NCBI GenBank assembly: GCA_021325455.1 | Contig: JAJPHD010000001.1 | Span: forward strand, 28,306-92,305 | DNA length: 64,000 nucleotides | Source of the DNA: Actinomycetota bacterium | Lineage (GTDB): Bacteria; Actinomycetota; Acidimicrobiia; Acidimicrobiales; JAJPHD01 | Direction: 5' to 3' | In this document: in pieces, positions 19,782-29,828 of the stretch | Position numbering within the stretch: the stretch's first letter is position 1 | Layout: every line of letters starts with the position of its first letter | Made by a program: the position numbers and the translations under genes | Notes under the pieces: generated by a model | Database searches by the model: none | What the model saw: only the letters and a program-made list of their open reading frames with translations | Told to the model about the DNA's origin: nothing

Positions 19782-20702
19782 ATGGCCGACGCGACCACCG
19801 AGGAGGTGCGGGCCGCGCCAACCGGGCAGGCTCGCCAGGAAGGCGACGGGGCAGCCCGGGCCGAGGCCCCGGCCCGCCCCTCGCCCCGGGCCCGCCCTGA
19901 GGTCACCTCCGGGCGGGAGGTCACCCTTCTCGTCTGGAGGGGGGATGCCAGCGGCGGGAGCTTCGTCGAGTACCGGGTGCCCTACGAGGAGGGTGAGGTC
20001 ATCCTGGACGTCATCCACCGGCTGGCCGCCACCCAGGCCCCCGACCTGGCCGTGCGCTGGAACTGCAAGGCCGGCAAGTGCGGGTCGTGCAGTGCCGAGG
20101 TGAACGGGCGCCCGGTGCTGCAGTGCATGACCAGGATGAGCCTCTTCGATCCGAGGGAGCCCATCACGGTGGCACCCATGAAGACCTTCCCCATCGTGAA
20201 GGACCTGGTGACGGACGTCTCGTTCAACTACGAGGTCGCCAGCCGCATCCCGCCCTTCAGCCCCGGCCCCCCCGATCCCGACGGCAAGCGGCGCATGGCC
20301 CAGACGGACGTGGACCGGATCCAGGAGTTCCGGGAGTGCATCGAGTGCTTCCTCTGCCAGGACGTCTGCCACGTCATCAGGGACCACGAGGAGAACAAGA
20401 GGCTCTTCGCCGGCCCCCGGTTCATGGTCCGCCTGGCCGAGCTGGAGATGCACCCCCTCGACAACCTTGACCGCCGGCCCCTCATCCGGGGGGAGTTCGG
20501 CGTGGTCATGTGCAACATCACCAAGTGCTGCACCGAGGTCTGCCCCGCCGGCATACACATAACGGACAACGCCATCATCCCCTTGAAGGAGCGGGTCGTG
20601 GACAGCTACTTCGACCCCATCGCCTGGCTGGGCCGCAAGATCACGAGGAGGCCGAGGCGGACCCCGGTCACCAGGCCCTGGAGCGCCGAGGCGGCCTCGT
20701 GA
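19782..20702 (+). CDS. sdhB: Succinate dehydrogenase iron-sulfur subunit
   Basis: CKAGKCGSC, CIECFLC, CNITKCCTEVCP. Confidence 0.95.
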   Translation: MADATTEEVRAAPTGQARQEGDGAARAEAPARPSPRARPEVTSGREVTLLVWRGDASGGSFVEYRVPYEEGEVILDVIHRLAATQAPDLAVRWNCKAGKCGSCSAEVNGRPVLQCMTRMSLFDPREPITVAPMKTFPIVKDLVTDVSFNYEVASRIPPFSPGPPDPDGKRRMAQTDVDRIQEFRECIECFLCQDVCHVIRDHEENKRLFAGPRFMVRLAELEMHPLDNLDRRPLIRGEFGVVMCNITKCCTEVCPAGIHITDNAIIPLKERVVDSYFDPIAWLGRKITRRPRRTPVTRPWSAEAAS

Positions 20703-21880
20703 GCACCGCCGACCTGCCCCGGCCCGATCCCCGGGACTTCCTCGGGGTGGACAGCCTCCTCCAGGAGGAGGAGCTGGCCGTGCGCGACACCGTGCGCCGC
20801 TTCGTGGCCGACCGGGCCATGGCCGACATCCCGGCGTGGTTCGAGGAGGGCCGGTTCCCCACCGAGCTGGTGAAGGACCTGGCGTCCCTGGGGCTGCTCG
20901 GCATGCACCTCCAGGGCTACGGGTGCGCCGGCATGAGCTCGGTCTGCTACGGGCTGGCCTGCATGGAGCTCGAGGCGGCGGACAGCGGGCTGCGCAGCTT
21001 CGTGTCCGTGCAGGGGTCCCTGGCCATGTTCCCCATCCACGCCTACGGCTCCGACGAGCAGAAGGAGCGCTGGCTGCCCGCCATGGCAGCCGGCGACGTG
21101 ATCGGCTGCTTCGGGCTGACCGAGCCCGACCAGGGCTCTGATCCGTCCCACATGCGCACCCACGCCCGCCGGGACGGGGGGGACTGGGTGATCAACGGGA
21201 CCAAGATGTGGATCACCAACGGGGGCATCGCCGACCTGGCCGTGGTCTGGGCCTCCACGGAGGAGGGCGTCAGGGGCTTCCTCGTCCCGACCGACACCCC
21301 GGGGTTCAGCGCCCACAACATCGAGCGCAAGCTCTCCCTGCGGGCCTCGGTCACGAGCGAGCTGGTCCTCGACGAGGTCCGCCTGCCCGGGTCGGCGGTG
21401 CTGCCGGGGGTGGTGGGCATGTGCGGTCCTCTCTCCTGCCTCAGCGAGGCCCGCTTCGGCATCGTGTGGGGGGTCCTGGGGGCGGCCCGCACCTGCTACG
21501 AGGCCGCCCTCGAGTACTCGACCACCCGCCAGCAGTTCGGCAAGCCCATCGGCGCCTTCCAGCTGACCCAGCAGAAGCTGGTGTCGATGCTTCTCGAGCT
21601 CAACAAGGGGCTGCTCCTCGCCCTCCACCTGGGGAGGCGCAAGGACAGCCAGGGCCTGCGGCCCGAGCTGGTGAGCATGGGCAAGCTCAACAACGTGCGC
21701 GCCGCCCTGGACATCGCCCGCACGGCCCGCACCGTGCTGGCAGCAAACGGGGTCACCCTCGAGTACCCGGTCATCCGCCACATGAACAACCTGGAGTCGG
21801 TGCTCACCTACGAGGGCACAGAGGAGATCCACACTCTGATCCTCGGCCAAGCCATCACGGGTCTGGCCGCCTTCTCCTGA
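20699..21880 (+). CDS. Acyl-CoA dehydrogenase (glutaryl-CoA dehydrogenase-like)
   Basis: DSGLRSFVSVQGSL, GCFGLTEPD, KMWITN, TYEGT. Confidence 0.9.
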   Translation: MSTADLPRPDPRDFLGVDSLLQEEELAVRDTVRRFVADRAMADIPAWFEEGRFPTELVKDLASLGLLGMHLQGYGCAGMSSVCYGLACMELEAADSGLRSFVSVQGSLAMFPIHAYGSDEQKERWLPAMAAGDVIGCFGLTEPDQGSDPSHMRTHARRDGGDWVINGTKMWITNGGIADLAVVWASTEEGVRGFLVPTDTPGFSAHNIERKLSLRASVTSELVLDEVRLPGSAVLPGVVGMCGPLSCLSEARFGIVWGVLGAARTCYEAALEYSTTRQQFGKPIGAFQLTQQKLVSMLLELNKGLLLALHLGRRKDSQGLRPELVSMGKLNNVRAALDIARTARTVLAANGVTLEYPVIRHMNNLESVLTYEGTEEIHTLILGQAITGLAAFS

Positions 21881-21914
21881 TCCCCCACGGGTTCCGGGGC
21901 GACCGAGGCGAACC

Positions 21915-23381
21915 GTGGCGACCGACGCACCAGCCAGGGGCCCGAGGGCGCCCAACGATCTCCGCCTCGAGGTGCGGGGTGTCCAGCCGGTGGACCCCGC
22001 CCGGAGGTTCGGCCATCCCTTCCGGCTGTTCACCTTGTGGTTCACGGCCCAGATCTCGCCCTCCACCTTCTTCGTCGGGGTGCTCGGCACGGCCAGCTTC
22101 ATCGGCCTGGGCTGGCGCCTCGGCCTGGTGGCCATCGTGGTGGGCAACCTGGCGGGATCGATAACGGTGGCCCTGTTGGCGGTCCTCGGGTGCCGTACCG
22201 GCGCCCCTCAGCTCCAGCAATCCCGGGAGGCTTTCGGGCGCACCGTGCACTTCCCCGCCACCCTCACCTGGATCACCCAGATCGGCTTCGAGGCCCTGGC
22301 CGCCATCTTCGGAGCCGAGGCCCTCCACGTCCTGGTGGGCCTCGACTACTATCTGGGCCTGGCCGTCACCTTCGCCTGCATGGCCGTTCTCAGCGTGACC
22401 GGCTACGAGGCCATCCACCTCTTCGAGAAGGTCATGTCGGCCGTCCTGCTGGTCCTGTTCGCGGTCATCACCGCCAAGACCTTCCTCGCCCACCCCCACA
22501 TAGTGGGCCACGCCTCGGGCGGGCCCCTGGTGGGGAGCTTCGTGCTCATGCTGGCCATCGTCTTCGGCTATGCCGTCTCCTGGGGGCCCGTGGCCTCCGA
22601 CTACAGCCGCTACCTGCCCGAGCGGACCTCCGGGCGGGCCATCTTCATGGCCGCCTTCACCGGGCTGGTGCTGGGCATGACCTGGATCGAGATCCTCGGC
22701 TTCGGGGCCTCCGCCCTCCTCAAGGGCCTCAGCTCCATGGGCGGGGTGGCCCGCATCATGGGTGGGGGGGCCACCGGAGACCTGGCCATGGTGGCCATGC
22801 TCCTCGGCACCATCGCCATCCTGGCCGTGGAGGACTACTCCGGAGCCCTGGCGGCCCAGGCCGCAGGGGTGCGCCTGGTACGCCCGCTCGTCACCGGGGT
22901 GAGCGCCGCCGTGGCCTTCGCCGTGGCCGCCTGGCTCAAGTCCGGCTCCACGGGGGCCAAGTTCGAGGACGTGCTGCTCCTCATCAGCTACTGGATCACT
23001 CCCTGGACGGCGGTCGTGCTCATCGACTGGGTCCGCCGGGGCCGCCACCGCAGCTGGGCGGACCACGACGCCCTGCTGAGCACCGGCTTCCGGTCCCTCC
23101 CGGCCGGGGCGCCCCAGTGGGGGGCGGTGGCAGCCGTGGTCATCGGCTTCTTCGTGGGGCTCCCCTTCTCCGACACCTCGACCGGGGCGGCCATCGCCAA
23201 GGCCGTGCCCAGCCTCTCGTGGCTGTTCGGCGGCTTCGCCAACCACTTCGTGAACGGCGGGGACCTGGCCTTCTACGTGAGCTTCGTGGCGGGGGGCCTG
23301 GCCTACCTGGCCATCCTGGGCGCGACCCGGCCCCGACGGGGCGGCTCGGGCCGGGATGCCGAGGCCACCTGGTGCTGGTAG
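21915..23381 (+). CDS. NCS1 family purine-cytosine permease
   Basis: About 12 TM, LFTLWF, SWGPVASDYSRYLP, ISYWITPW. Confidence 0.88.
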   Translation: MATDAPARGPRAPNDLRLEVRGVQPVDPARRFGHPFRLFTLWFTAQISPSTFFVGVLGTASFIGLGWRLGLVAIVVGNLAGSITVALLAVLGCRTGAPQLQQSREAFGRTVHFPATLTWITQIGFEALAAIFGAEALHVLVGLDYYLGLAVTFACMAVLSVTGYEAIHLFEKVMSAVLLVLFAVITAKTFLAHPHIVGHASGGPLVGSFVLMLAIVFGYAVSWGPVASDYSRYLPERTSGRAIFMAAFTGLVLGMTWIEILGFGASALLKGLSSMGGVARIMGGGATGDLAMVAMLLGTIAILAVEDYSGALAAQAAGVRLVRPLVTGVSAAVAFAVAAWLKSGSTGAKFEDVLLLISYWITPWTAVVLIDWVRRGRHRSWADHDALLSTGFRSLPAGAPQWGAVAAVVIGFFVGLPFSDTSTGAAIAKAVPSLSWLFGGFANHFVNGGDLAFYVSFVAGGLAYLAILGATRPRRGGSGRDAEATWCW

Positions 23382-23413
23382 AACTGGGGCCAAGAGCCGG
23401 GAGGAGGCTGCAG

Positions 23414-23803
23414 TTGGTCCAGTTCCTGTCCCCCGAGTGGATGGACGAGCTCAACCGGGCCGCGGCCGAGGACCAGGAGCTGGCCGAGGCGGCCAGGGAC
23501 GTCCACCTGACGCTCAAGCAGGTGGTGTCCCGGCCGGGGCAGGACGAGGCCTCCTACACCTTGCGCATCGACGGGGGACGGGTGGAGGTGGCCCCGGGCG
23601 AGGCCGGGACCCCCGACGTGACCCTGACCGAGGACTACGCCACGGCCGCCGCCCTGGCCCGGGGGGAGCTGACCGCCCAGGCCGCCCTGCTCGCCGGGCT
23701 GGTGCGGGTGAAGGGCGACACCGAGGCGCTGGCCCGGGGCCAGCAGGCCATGGCCCGCGCCCAGCTCTGCTTCGACCGGGTCCGGGAGCACACCACCTAC
23801 TGA
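23414..23803 (+). CDS. SCP2 sterol/lipid-binding domain protein
   Basis: FLSPEW...PDVTLTEDY...AALLAGLVRVKGD. TTG start after GAGGAGG. Confidence 0.8.
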   Translation: MVQFLSPEWMDELNRAAAEDQELAEAARDVHLTLKQVVSRPGQDEASYTLRIDGGRVEVAPGEAGTPDVTLTEDYATAAALARGELTAQAALLAGLVRVKGDTEALARGQQAMARAQLCFDRVREHTTY

Positions 23804-23804
23804 G

Positions 23805-24533
23805 ATGCGCACCCCGGCCCCCCACGCCCCCGGGTGGTACCCCGACCACGAGGACTCCTCCCTGGTCCGGTACTGGGACGGGCAGGGCTGGACCGCCAAG
23901 CTGCGGCCCCGTCCCAACTGGGCACCCCTCGAGACCGAGCTCATCCGCCTCGCCCCCCCCGCCCCCGACCCCAGGGGCGTCCGGAGCCGCCTCACGACCC
24001 TGCTGGCCCTCGTCGTGGTGGTGGCCCTCATCCTCGGCAGCATCGTCATCTCCAGGGGCCGGGCCCGCCTGGCACCGGCCCGGCCACGGGCCACCCTCAT
24101 CCTGTCCAACCCCCGCTACGTCGAAGCTGCCAACGCCATCTGCACCAGCCTCTTGCGCTCGGCGGGAGGCTCCTCAGGGGCCGCCGTCACCTCCGCCGGC
24201 TCCTCCCGGGGGGCGTCCCCCGCCCGCGGGGGGGCAGCGGGAGGCCAGGCTCGAGGCGCCGCCGTCGGCCCCACCGCTGCCGCCCGGCTGGCCCGGGACG
24301 CCGCTGCCATCTACACCGGCCTGGAGTCCCTCCAGACCGACCCCGCCGGGGCGGCGGCGGTGAGCACCTGGGTCAGGCAATGGGCCCGGCTGGTCTCGGC
24401 CAGCACCCGCTATTCCCAGGACCTCGCTGCCCACCGGCGTCCCAGCCCCGGCGAGGCCAGGCAGGTGGAAGCGGCGCGCCGGCAGGTGGACGCCACGGCC
24501 CAGGCCAGCGGGATGGACAGCTGCCGGCTGTGA
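23805..24533 (+). CDS. DUF2510-domain membrane protein
   Basis: PGWYPD...RYWDGQGWT, one TM, extracellular domain with two Cys. Confidence 0.78.
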   Translation: MRTPAPHAPGWYPDHEDSSLVRYWDGQGWTAKLRPRPNWAPLETELIRLAPPAPDPRGVRSRLTTLLALVVVVALILGSIVISRGRARLAPARPRATLILSNPRYVEAANAICTSLLRSAGGSSGAAVTSAGSSRGASPARGGAAGGQARGAAVGPTAAARLARDAAAIYTGLESLQTDPAGAAAVSTWVRQWARLVSASTRYSQDLAAHRRPSPGEARQVEAARRQVDATAQASGMDSCRL

Positions 24534-24643
24534 CCCGGCGCCGCCCGCCCCCCACGGGCGGGGCGGCTCGGGCATATGCCCCCCAGCCACCCCTGGGCTA
24601 GATTTGCGGGCACGAACCATCGACCACAGGGGGCAATAGCACC

Positions 24644-24850
24644 GTGACGCTTACCGGGGTGATCGACGACCATGTCCTGGCCCGGTACCGGGCCCTGCTC
24701 GATGCCGAGGACGCCGCCTTCAACGAGTTGGAGCACGCCTACGAGGAAGGCGACCGCGATCACTTCCAAGCCGACCTGGAGGCTTGGCGTTGCGCCATTG
24801 CGGCCAAGCTGGCCTACCTCAACCGCATGGGCATCCACCTGGGCACCTAG
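24644..24850 (+). CDS. Small acidic helical hypothetical protein (68 aa)
   Basis: Protein-like composition and GC3 bias, purine-rich RBS-like sequence upstream. Confidence 0.6.
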   Translation: MTLTGVIDDHVLARYRALLDAEDAAFNELEHAYEEGDRDHFQADLEAWRCAIAAKLAYLNRMGIHLGT

Positions 24851-24904
24851 CCCCCCTGCCCTCCCCTCCGGGGTGCCTCTGGGCGGTGCCCGTGGCGGCC
24901 CGCC

Positions 24905-25897
24905 TCAGGCCAGGAGGTCGCGCACCGCCTGCCGCTCGGCCTCCAGCTCCTCGGTGGTCACCCTCAGCCTCTCCCGGGCGAAGTCGTCGTGCTGGAAGCC
25001 CTCCACCACCTGCCACGAGGACCCGTCGGAGCGGACCGGGTAGCCGAACTGCAGCCCCGCGGGCACGCCGTACTCCCCCCGGCTCGGCACGGCCACCGAC
25101 GAGCAGTCCCCCTTCGGGGTGGCGGTGCGCAGGCTCACCACGGTGTCGATGACGGCGTTGGCGGCCGAGGCGGCCGAGGAGGCGCCCCTGGCCTCGATGA
25201 TGGCCGCCCCCCGCTTCTGCACCGTGGTCAGGAACTCTCCTTCCAGCCAGCCCCGGTCGCCTATGACCTCGGGGGCGGGCCGGCCCCCGATGCGGGCGTT
25301 GGCGAAGTCGGGGTACTGGGTGGCCGAGTGGTTGCCCCACACGGCCACGTTGGTCACCTCGGACACGGGCACCCCGGCCCGGCGGGCCAGCTGGCTGGTG
25401 GCCCGGTTGGCATCGAGACGGGTCATGGCGAACCAGCGCTCCTCGGGCACGTCCTTGCCGTTGGACCTCGCTATCAGGCAGTTGGTGTTGCAGGGGTTGC
25501 CCACCACGAGGATCCTGACGTCGCTGGCGGCATGGGCGGCGATGGCCTGGCCCTGGGGCTTGAAGATGCCTCCGTTGACGTTGAGCAGGTCCCCCCGCTC
25601 CATCCCGGCCTTGCGGGGGACGGACCCCACGAGCAAGGCCCACGAGGTCCCGTCGAAGGCGGTCTTCAGGTCGGAGGTCGTCACCACGTCAGCGAGCAGG
25701 GAGAAGGCGCAGTCGTCGAGCTCCATGACCACCCCCTCCAGGGCCCCCATGGCGGGCTCGATCTCGAGCAGCCTCAGCACGACGGGCTGGTCGGGCCCGA
25801 GCAACTGCCCGGAGGCGATCCGGAAGAGGAGGGCGTAGCCGATCTGGCCGGCGGCACCGGTGACTGTGACGTGCACGGGGGGGCGCTGGTTGGCCAT
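24905..25897 (-). CDS. mdh: Malate dehydrogenase
   Basis: [37 protein letters not shown]. Confidence 0.97.
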   Translation of the reverse strand: MANQRPPVHVTVTGAAGQIGYALLFRIASGQLLGPDQPVVLRLLEIEPAMGALEGVVMELDDCAFSLLADVVTTSDLKTAFDGTSWALLVGSVPRKAGMERGDLLNVNGGIFKPQGQAIAAHAASDVRILVVGNPCNTNCLIARSNGKDVPEERWFAMTRLDANRATSQLARRAGVPVSEVTNVAVWGNHSATQYPDFANARIGGRPAPEVIGDRGWLEGEFLTTVQKRGAAIIEARGASSAASAANAVIDTVVSLRTATPKGDCSSVAVPSRGEYGVPAGLQFGYPVRSDGSSWQVVEGFQHDDFARERLRVTTEELEAERQAVRDLLA

Positions 25898-25978
25898 GCC
25901 CCGAAGCTACCGCCCCCCCGCCGCCGCCCCCAATCGGAGCCCTCCCGGGAGGCTAGCGTTGGCCCAGGAGGTGGTGCC

Positions 25979-26764
25979 ATGACCGGCGACTATCGCTGCA
26001 TCCAGGTGGAGCGGTCCGGGGGGGACACCTGGATCTGGATGAACCTGCCTGACAAGCGCAATGCCCTGTCCCTGGAGCACATGGAGGAGCTGACCCGGGC
26101 CTTCACCGAGGCAGGGGACAGCGACACCACGGGTGTGGTCCTGGCCGGGAGGGGCAAGGTCTTCTCCGCCGGCCACGACTTCGCCGACATGGCCGGGCGG
26201 GACCTGCAGTCCATGCGCCGGCTGCTCATGGCCTGCACCCGGCTCATGGAGACCATGCAGGCCATACCCCAGCCCGTCGTGGCCCGGGTCCATGCCCTGG
26301 CCACCGCAGCCGGCTGCCAGCTAGTCGCCTCTGCCGACCTGGCCGTAGCCGCCGAGGAGGCCGGGTTCTGCACGCCGGGGGGAAAGGGGGGTTGGTTCTG
26401 CACCACCCCCATGGTGGCCGTGGGCCGCAACGTGGGGCGCAAGCGGGCCATGGAGATGGCCCTCACCGGGGACGTCATCGACGCCGCCACCGCCTTGGAC
26501 TGGGGCCTGGTCAACCAGGTGGTGCCGGCTGCCGACCTCGACCGGGCCACCACCGAACTCCTCCGTCGGGCCACGCGGGGCAGCGCCGCCTCCAAGGGCA
26601 TAGGCAAGCAGGCCTTCTACGCCCAGATCGACCTGGACCAGCCCAAGGCCTATGCCTACGCCATCGAGGTCATGGCCGCGTCCAGCCAGCTGCCCGACGC
26701 CAAGGAGGGCATCGCCTCCTTCCTGGAGAAGCGCCCCCCCAAATGGAGCGGCCGGCCCTCGTGA
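25979..26764 (+). CDS. Enoyl-CoA hydratase/isomerase family protein
   Basis: KRNAL, FSAGHD, ATAAGCQLVA, GGWFCTTP. AGGAGG RBS. Confidence 0.9.
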   Translation: MTGDYRCIQVERSGGDTWIWMNLPDKRNALSLEHMEELTRAFTEAGDSDTTGVVLAGRGKVFSAGHDFADMAGRDLQSMRRLLMACTRLMETMQAIPQPVVARVHALATAAGCQLVASADLAVAAEEAGFCTPGGKGGWFCTTPMVAVGRNVGRKRAMEMALTGDVIDAATALDWGLVNQVVPAADLDRATTELLRRATRGSAASKGIGKQAFYAQIDLDQPKAYAYAIEVMAASSQLPDAKEGIASFLEKRPPKWSGRPS

Positions 26765-26779
26765 CCCTCGCCCGGGGGG

Positions 26780-27976
26780 CTATAGGCGGTCCACGATGGC
26801 CGAGGCGAACTCGCTGGTCTTGACCTCGGTGGCACCCTCCATGAGGCGGGCGAAGTCGTAGGTCACGATGCGCTCGGCGATGGTGGCCTCGAGGGCGGAC
26901 ACGATGTCGTCGGCAGCGGCCTGCCAGCCGAGGTGCTCGTACATGAGGACTCCCGACAGGAGCACCGAGCCTGGGTTGACCTTGTCCTGGCCGGCGTACT
27001 TGGGAGCGGTGCCGTGGGTGGCCTCGAAGATCCCATGGCCGGTGACGTAGTTGATGTTGCCTCCCGGGGCGATCCCGATCCCGCCCACCTGGGCCGCCAG
27101 GGCGTCGGAGGCATAGTCACCGTTCAGGTTGGTGGTGGCGATCACGTCGAACTCATCGGGGCGGGTGAGCACCTGCTGGAGAAAGATGTCGGCGATGGTG
27201 TCCTTCACCAGGATCCGATCACCGGGGTCACCCCCGCAGTCCTCCCAGGACACCGCCCGGTCGGGGTACTCCTCCCGCACCACGTCGTAACCCCAGGCCC
27301 GGAAGGCCCCTTCGGTGAACTTCTGGATGTTGCCCTTGTGCACGAGCGTCACGCTGCGCCTCCCCCTGCGCAGGGCGTAGTCGAGGGCCGCCCGCACCAG
27401 CCGCTTGGACCCCGTCGCCGACACCGGCTTGATGCCCACCCCGGAGTCGGGCCTGATGTCCCAGCCCATCTCGTCGTGCAGCCAGGCGATGAGCCGCTTG
27501 GCCTCGGGAGTCCCCTCGGCCACCTCCATCCCGGCGTACACGTCCTCGGTGTTCTCCCGGAAGATCACCATGTCGACCTTCTCCGGGTGACGCACCGGAG
27601 AGGGCACCCCCTTGAACCACCGCACGGGCCGCAGGCACACGTAGAGGTCCAGGACCTGGCGCAGGGCCACGTTGAGGGACCTGATCCCCCCGCCCACGGG
27701 GGTGGTGAGGGGGCCCTTGATCCCGATCAGGTACTCGCGGAACGTCTCCACGGTCTCCTGGGGCAGCCACTCGCCCGTCTCGTCGTAGGCCCGCTGGCCG
27801 GCCAGCACCTCCTTCCATTCCACCCGCCGGCCGTGCTTGGCGGCCGCGGCGTCCAGCACCAGCTTGGCTGCGGGCCAGATGTCCACGCCGGTGCCGTCCC
27901 CCTGGATGAAGGGGATGATGGGCTCGTCGGGCACGGTGAGCTCGCCGTTGGGTGACATGGTGATCTTGTCGGCCAT
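26780..27976 (-). CDS. icd: Isocitrate dehydrogenase (dimeric type)
   Basis: [42 protein letters not shown]. Confidence 0.96.
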   Translation of the reverse strand: MADKITMSPNGELTVPDEPIIPFIQGDGTGVDIWPAAKLVLDAAAAKHGRRVEWKEVLAGQRAYDETGEWLPQETVETFREYLIGIKGPLTTPVGGGIRSLNVALRQVLDLYVCLRPVRWFKGVPSPVRHPEKVDMVIFRENTEDVYAGMEVAEGTPEAKRLIAWLHDEMGWDIRPDSGVGIKPVSATGSKRLVRAALDYALRRGRRSVTLVHKGNIQKFTEGAFRAWGYDVVREEYPDRAVSWEDCGGDPGDRILVKDTIADIFLQQVLTRPDEFDVIATTNLNGDYASDALAAQVGGIGIAPGGNINYVTGHGIFEATHGTAPKYAGQDKVNPGSVLLSGVLMYEHLGWQAAADDIVSALEATIAERIVTYDFARLMEGATEVKTSEFASAIVDRL

Positions 27977-28048
27977 GCCCCCGAGCCTACCGACCGGGCT
28001 GCCCGGTCACCGTGGCCGCCCGGCCCGGGCCACCTCCCCCGGCGCCGG

Positions 28049-28921
28049 CTAGGAGGCGGCGGCGGCTGCCGGTGGCCCCAGGCCCAGGCTGGCGTATATC
28101 TCCCTCGTCGCCGTGGACCAGTTGAGGGTGTAGAAGTGCAGCCCCGGAGCGCCGGCCTCCAGCAGCTCCCGGCACAGCCGGGTCGTCAGCTCGATGCCGA
28201 CCCGGCGGACCTCGGCGTCAGGCCCCGCCGCCTCCAGCTCGGCCACCATCTCGGGCGGCACGGCGGCTCCCATCTCCGCCATGCGCCCGACCGACCGGAG
28301 GCTGGTGACGGGCATGATGCCGGGGATGACGGGCTTGGGGACACCCCGGGAGCGCAGGTCCTCGACCAAGGAGACGTACTCCTCGGCCCGGAAGAAGAAC
28401 TGGGTCACGGCGAAGTCCGCCCTCTCCAGCTTGGCCGCCAGGTGGTCACGGTCGCTCACCAGGTCGGGGGAGCGGGGATGGCCGGCGGGGTGGGCGGCCA
28501 CCCCTATCGAGAACCCCCCGATGGCCCGGGCCAGCTCCACCAGCTCGATGGCGTGGGCCAGCTCGCCGGCGGGAGCGTCGGGGTCCTCGGGAGGGTCCCC
28601 CCCCAGGGCCATCAGGTTCTCGATGCCGGCCCGGCGGAGGTCCACGAGGATCTCGGCCAGCTCCAGACGGGTATGGGCCACGCACACCAGATGGGCCATG
28701 GGGGTGAGAGCCGTGGTGCGCAGCAGGCCGGCCACCAGGTCGTGGGTGCGCCGGCGGGAGGAGCGCCCCCCCCGGTAGGTGACCGACACGAAGGACGGCT
28801 CCAAGGGCTCGAGGGCCCGCATGGTGCGCACCAGCTGGAGCTTCTCCTCCTCGGTCTTGGGCGGGAAGAACTCGAAGGAGTAGGTGGGTCCGGCCGCCAG
28901 CAGGTCAGCGATCCTGGCCAT
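28049..28921 (-). CDS. metF: Methylenetetrahydrofolate reductase
   Basis: SFEFFPPK, SVTY, ALGGDPP, TQFFF, HFYTLN. Confidence 0.93.
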   Translation of the reverse strand: MARIADLLAAGPTYSFEFFPPKTEEEKLQLVRTMRALEPLEPSFVSVTYRGGRSSRRRTHDLVAGLLRTTALTPMAHLVCVAHTRLELAEILVDLRRAGIENLMALGGDPPEDPDAPAGELAHAIELVELARAIGGFSIGVAAHPAGHPRSPDLVSDRDHLAAKLERADFAVTQFFFRAEEYVSLVEDLRSRGVPKPVIPGIMPVTSLRSVGRMAEMGAAVPPEMVAELEAAGPDAEVRRVGIELTTRLCRELLEAGAPGLHFYTLNWSTATREIYASLGLGPPAAAAAS

Positions 28922-28996
28922 GGCCCCATCATGCTAGTCCACCGGCCTGGCGCCTTCGGGCTGGATCAATGCCGCCACGTTCCTTATTGTGGGGGT

Positions 28997-29764
28997 ATGC
29001 CTCCCGTCCTCACCGGCATAGTCCTTGGCGTCTGCATCTTCCAGGTGGCTGGGCTGGCCACCACCCTCTACCTGCACCGGGCCCTCGCCCACCGGGCCAT
29101 GAAGGTCTCGGCGCCCCTGGCGGCAGTGTTCAGGGTGGTGATCTGGATGTCGAGCGGTATCCGCCCCCGCCAGTGGGTGGCCGTGCACCGCAAGCACCAT
29201 GCCTTCACCGACATCCCCGGAGACCCCCACTCCCCCAAGCTGGTCGGCTTCCTGGCCGTGCAGTTCAACAACGTGGGCCTGTACCGGCGGGCGGCCCGGG
29301 ACGCCGACGTGGTGGCCCGCTACTCGCGCGACATCCGCCACGACATCTGGGACCGGCTCTTCTTGGACCATGCCCTCCTCGGCGTGGGCATCGCCATGGC
29401 CGCCGTGTGGGCCGGCCTGGGGTGGGAGGTGATGCTGGTGGCGGCCGGCGTCCACGTGGTCCTCTACATGTTCCTCAACGCCGCCGTCAACGCCGTCGGC
29501 CATGCCTGGGGCAAGGCTCCCTATCCCAACACCGCCTTCAACAACCAGTGGCTGGCTTGGCTCACGGTGGGCGAGGGGCTGCACAACAACCACCATGCCG
29601 CCCCCAGCTCGGCTCGCTTCGCCCATCACCGCGCCGAGTTCGACCCCGGGTGGTGGGCCATCCTGGCCCTGAGCCGCCTCAAGCTGGTCTCGGTCCGCCA
29701 CCGGGACATACGGCTGCGCCAGGCGAGGCCGCGAGCATCCACCGCCGCCTCGCCGGCGTCCTAG
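28997..29764 (+). CDS. Membrane fatty acid (delta-9-like) desaturase
   Basis: His boxes HRALAH, HRKHH, HNNHH, plus DPHSP. Confidence 0.9.
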   Translation: MPPVLTGIVLGVCIFQVAGLATTLYLHRALAHRAMKVSAPLAAVFRVVIWMSSGIRPRQWVAVHRKHHAFTDIPGDPHSPKLVGFLAVQFNNVGLYRRAARDADVVARYSRDIRHDIWDRLFLDHALLGVGIAMAAVWAGLGWEVMLVAAGVHVVLYMFLNAAVNAVGHAWGKAPYPNTAFNNQWLAWLTVGEGLHNNHHAAPSSARFAHHRAEFDPGWWAILALSRLKLVSVRHRDIRLRQARPRASTAASPAS

Positions 29765-29828
29765 ACCCGCCCGGGGCCACGAGCGGCCTGGCCGCCCCGC
29801 CGCTGGAGCCGCCCTCGGAGGCGCCCCC

